A stretch of 61,494 bases of DNA, the filler included, from Basidiobolus meristosporus CBS 931.73 (lineage: Eukaryota > Fungi > Basidiobolomycota), in assembly GCA_002104905.1 (NCBI GenBank). It is 4 parts of 4 records of this genome, joined end to end, with 100 filler letters (N's around TTAATTAATTAA, not from the genome) between each part and the next. Parts side by side here need not be neighbours in the genome. Positions count along the whole stretch, not along the records: positions 50,137 to 61,494 come from MCFE01001274.1; 3 more parts are not named here. One strand, written 5' to 3'. The translations under genes and the position numbers were made by a program. Numbering within the stretch: position 1 is the stretch's first letter; each line of letters starts with the position of its first letter. Below, one piece after another: positions 59,635 to 61,494 of this stretch. The notes under the pieces are model-generated. The model was given only the letters and a program-made list of their open reading frames with translations, did no database searches and was not told the DNA's origin.

Positions 59635-61494
59635 TGTTGTATCCAAGAGAAAGTGTAATAAAACTCTTGAATGGTTTAACTGAACCAAAGGGACAATTAA
59701 GTGCAGAATCTTAGAATTGTCAGAGAGTGGCGGAAATATTAGCAGAAAGATTCTGATCTAATATTGGTCTTGGATATAGCTGGATTGGCTATAAATGATA
59801 TTTGTTTGCTAGGCAGGCTAGGCTTGGTGTTCTTTGGAGTGCTAGATATACTAGGCTGGGATAGAAACTAGAACGGAATTGTTGGATTCTTTATTTTTGC
59901 TGAGACAGAATCTTAATTTTGTTGAGACACACACTAAACCAAAAGGTTCAGTAAACTTTATTTATACTTTTCTGGTCAAGTTGAATTAGTAAGCGCCAAG
60001 GGACTGGATTGATTGAAATCAATTTGGGTGTTCATAGGTGCATATGATAAATGAAAATTACATCATCAATCAACTGATGTCTTGGCAACTGCACCGTGGT
60101 TGGATAGATCTCAGATGACTAATCACCTGGGAAGGCTTGGCAGATATGTTGATAACATAATGACCATTTGAAAATAGATCAGGTGTGATAGCTAAAAGTA
60201 GATTCTGAGGTGGGATAAAATAAACTGTAACTGGGATTTGTTATGTTTGGGTTAGGGAAAATCAGTTAGGGTACTAGATTTTCAAACGGAGTAAAATTGG
60301 CTAAGTTTTAAATGTTGATGCACAACATCACTTCCTTCCGGAAGAGGAGTTTTTTGATACCCTCTGGGTACCTCTGCGGCTCCAATACTGATCAATAATG
60401 GCAACATCATCAAAGTTGGTGTAAGGTTCCCAGGTGTTGTGTTTGGCATCATAGCCTTTCCACTTGACTAAATACAGGCAATTTGGTTCTTCTCCATCAT
60501 GGTCCACAATAGCTTCAAGCTTCATAGGATTCCAAAGTTACTGGGTCTTGAGAAATAAGTTTGAGTGAAGAAGGTGGAAAGTTTTTGGGTAGCAGTGCTC
60601 CAGTGTTATCCTGAAGTACATAAGATCCTCCAGTAGTGCGTCTGACAACCTTGAATGGTCCTTCATACTTGGGGTCAAGCTTAGATTGCCAGATTGAATC
60701 TAGTGTCATGACATATGACCCATCTGGGAAGCTGCTGTTCCTGTGTCTTGAGGCGTACGTTGAAGTCATCTTTTGCTGAGAGGCCTTACTTCTGGCACTG
60801 ATAGCAGGGTAGACAATGTTGGTAAGGTACTCAAGCCGGTTCTTTAGCTTATCTGTATTCAAACTTGCTAACTCTGTATTCTGGTAGTCTCCAAAGTGGT
60901 TGTATCTTCTTCCAAACATCATGGAAAATGGTGTTGATCCATGTAGAGCGGCAATTTTGGTGTTGATAGCATATTGTACAGTTGGAATGTACTTGTCCCA
61001 ATTCTTCTTGATACCTTTGATAGATTTCCTGATGATGTTCACTGAGGTCTGAACATGTCTTTCAGCCAGTCCATTAGCTTTGGGATGATATGGAGTGATC
61101 AGACGGTGATCAATGGCGCTATTCTGGCAAAGGGCTTTGATCACGTGATTCACAAATTCTGTTCCATTATCCGATTGAATGACCTTAGGGAATCCAAAAA
61201 GGCAGAAGAGCTTGAATAGTTCTTGTGCAATAGTGGCAGCATACTTGTCTGGTATAGCTTTGAGGAAGACAAAACGTGTGTAGATGTCCACAATTACAAA
61301 GAGGTAGTGATTACCATCATCACTAGTGGTGAAAGGTCCAGCTAGATCAATTGCAATATGATCCATAGGAAGGCTTGCATGGATGGGGCTCAAAGGGTGA
61401 AATCCATGGCGGCTGATATTGTAAAGTTGACATTCTCTGCACAACTTGACAAATTCTAAGCAGTCAACTTTGATATTTGGCCAGTGATATCCAT
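59635..61494 (-). mobile_element. Chromodomain-bearing Ty3/gypsy 3' end: integrase, chromodomain, PPT, 3' LTR (59635-60327)
   Basis: IDLAGP, SDNGTEF, HPKANGLAER, GPF; chromodomain EAIVDH..YLVKWKGY..NTWEP; PPT GGAAGGAAG then TGTTGT...ACAACA LTR. Confidence 0.93.

Noticed and set aside
1-61494. tRNA or rRNA genes
   Set aside because: None recognisable by eye; only tRNA-complementary PBS motifs were found. A tRNAscan-SE run would be needed to exclude them.

Overview
Eukaryotic, fungal-type genomic DNA. The short GT-AG introns, Ste20/PAK CRIB gene, Tim21 and TLC genes are consistent with an early-diverging fungus (inference). The window consists of four contigs joined by artificial N44-TTAATTAATTAA-N44 linkers, and nothing reads through any linker. 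(1) 1-14267: a multi-level nest of Ty1/copia elements, a complete young Ty3/gypsy element (387-bp LTRs, GAAAG TSD) and a second gypsy-like family with a 1.07-kb LTR and tRNA-Lys PBS. (2) 14368-30754: a head-to-tail array of five 5'-truncated LINE copies ending in a shared hairpin plus C-rich, partly CCCTAA-like tail, then a UDP-glycosyltransferase pseudogene and a CpG-normal gene island (malic enzyme, F-box/LRR, TLC protein, Tim21, peroxisomal APH-family kinase, unknown protein, PAK N-terminus). (3) 30855-50036 and (4) 50137-61494: CpG-depleted transposon graveyards with CACTA(Tnp2)-like two-gene units, a PIF/Harbinger-superfamily element with ANT TSD plus its MITE, solo LTRs, copia and a chromodomain gypsy. 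The best candidates for undescribed biology are the possibly telomere-associated LINE array, CpG-specific decay of repeats, a 4-bp CpG-centred target preference of one LTR family, and the CACTA-like concatemer. All alignments, translations and identity estimates were done by eye and no database searches were possible, so family names are motif-based.
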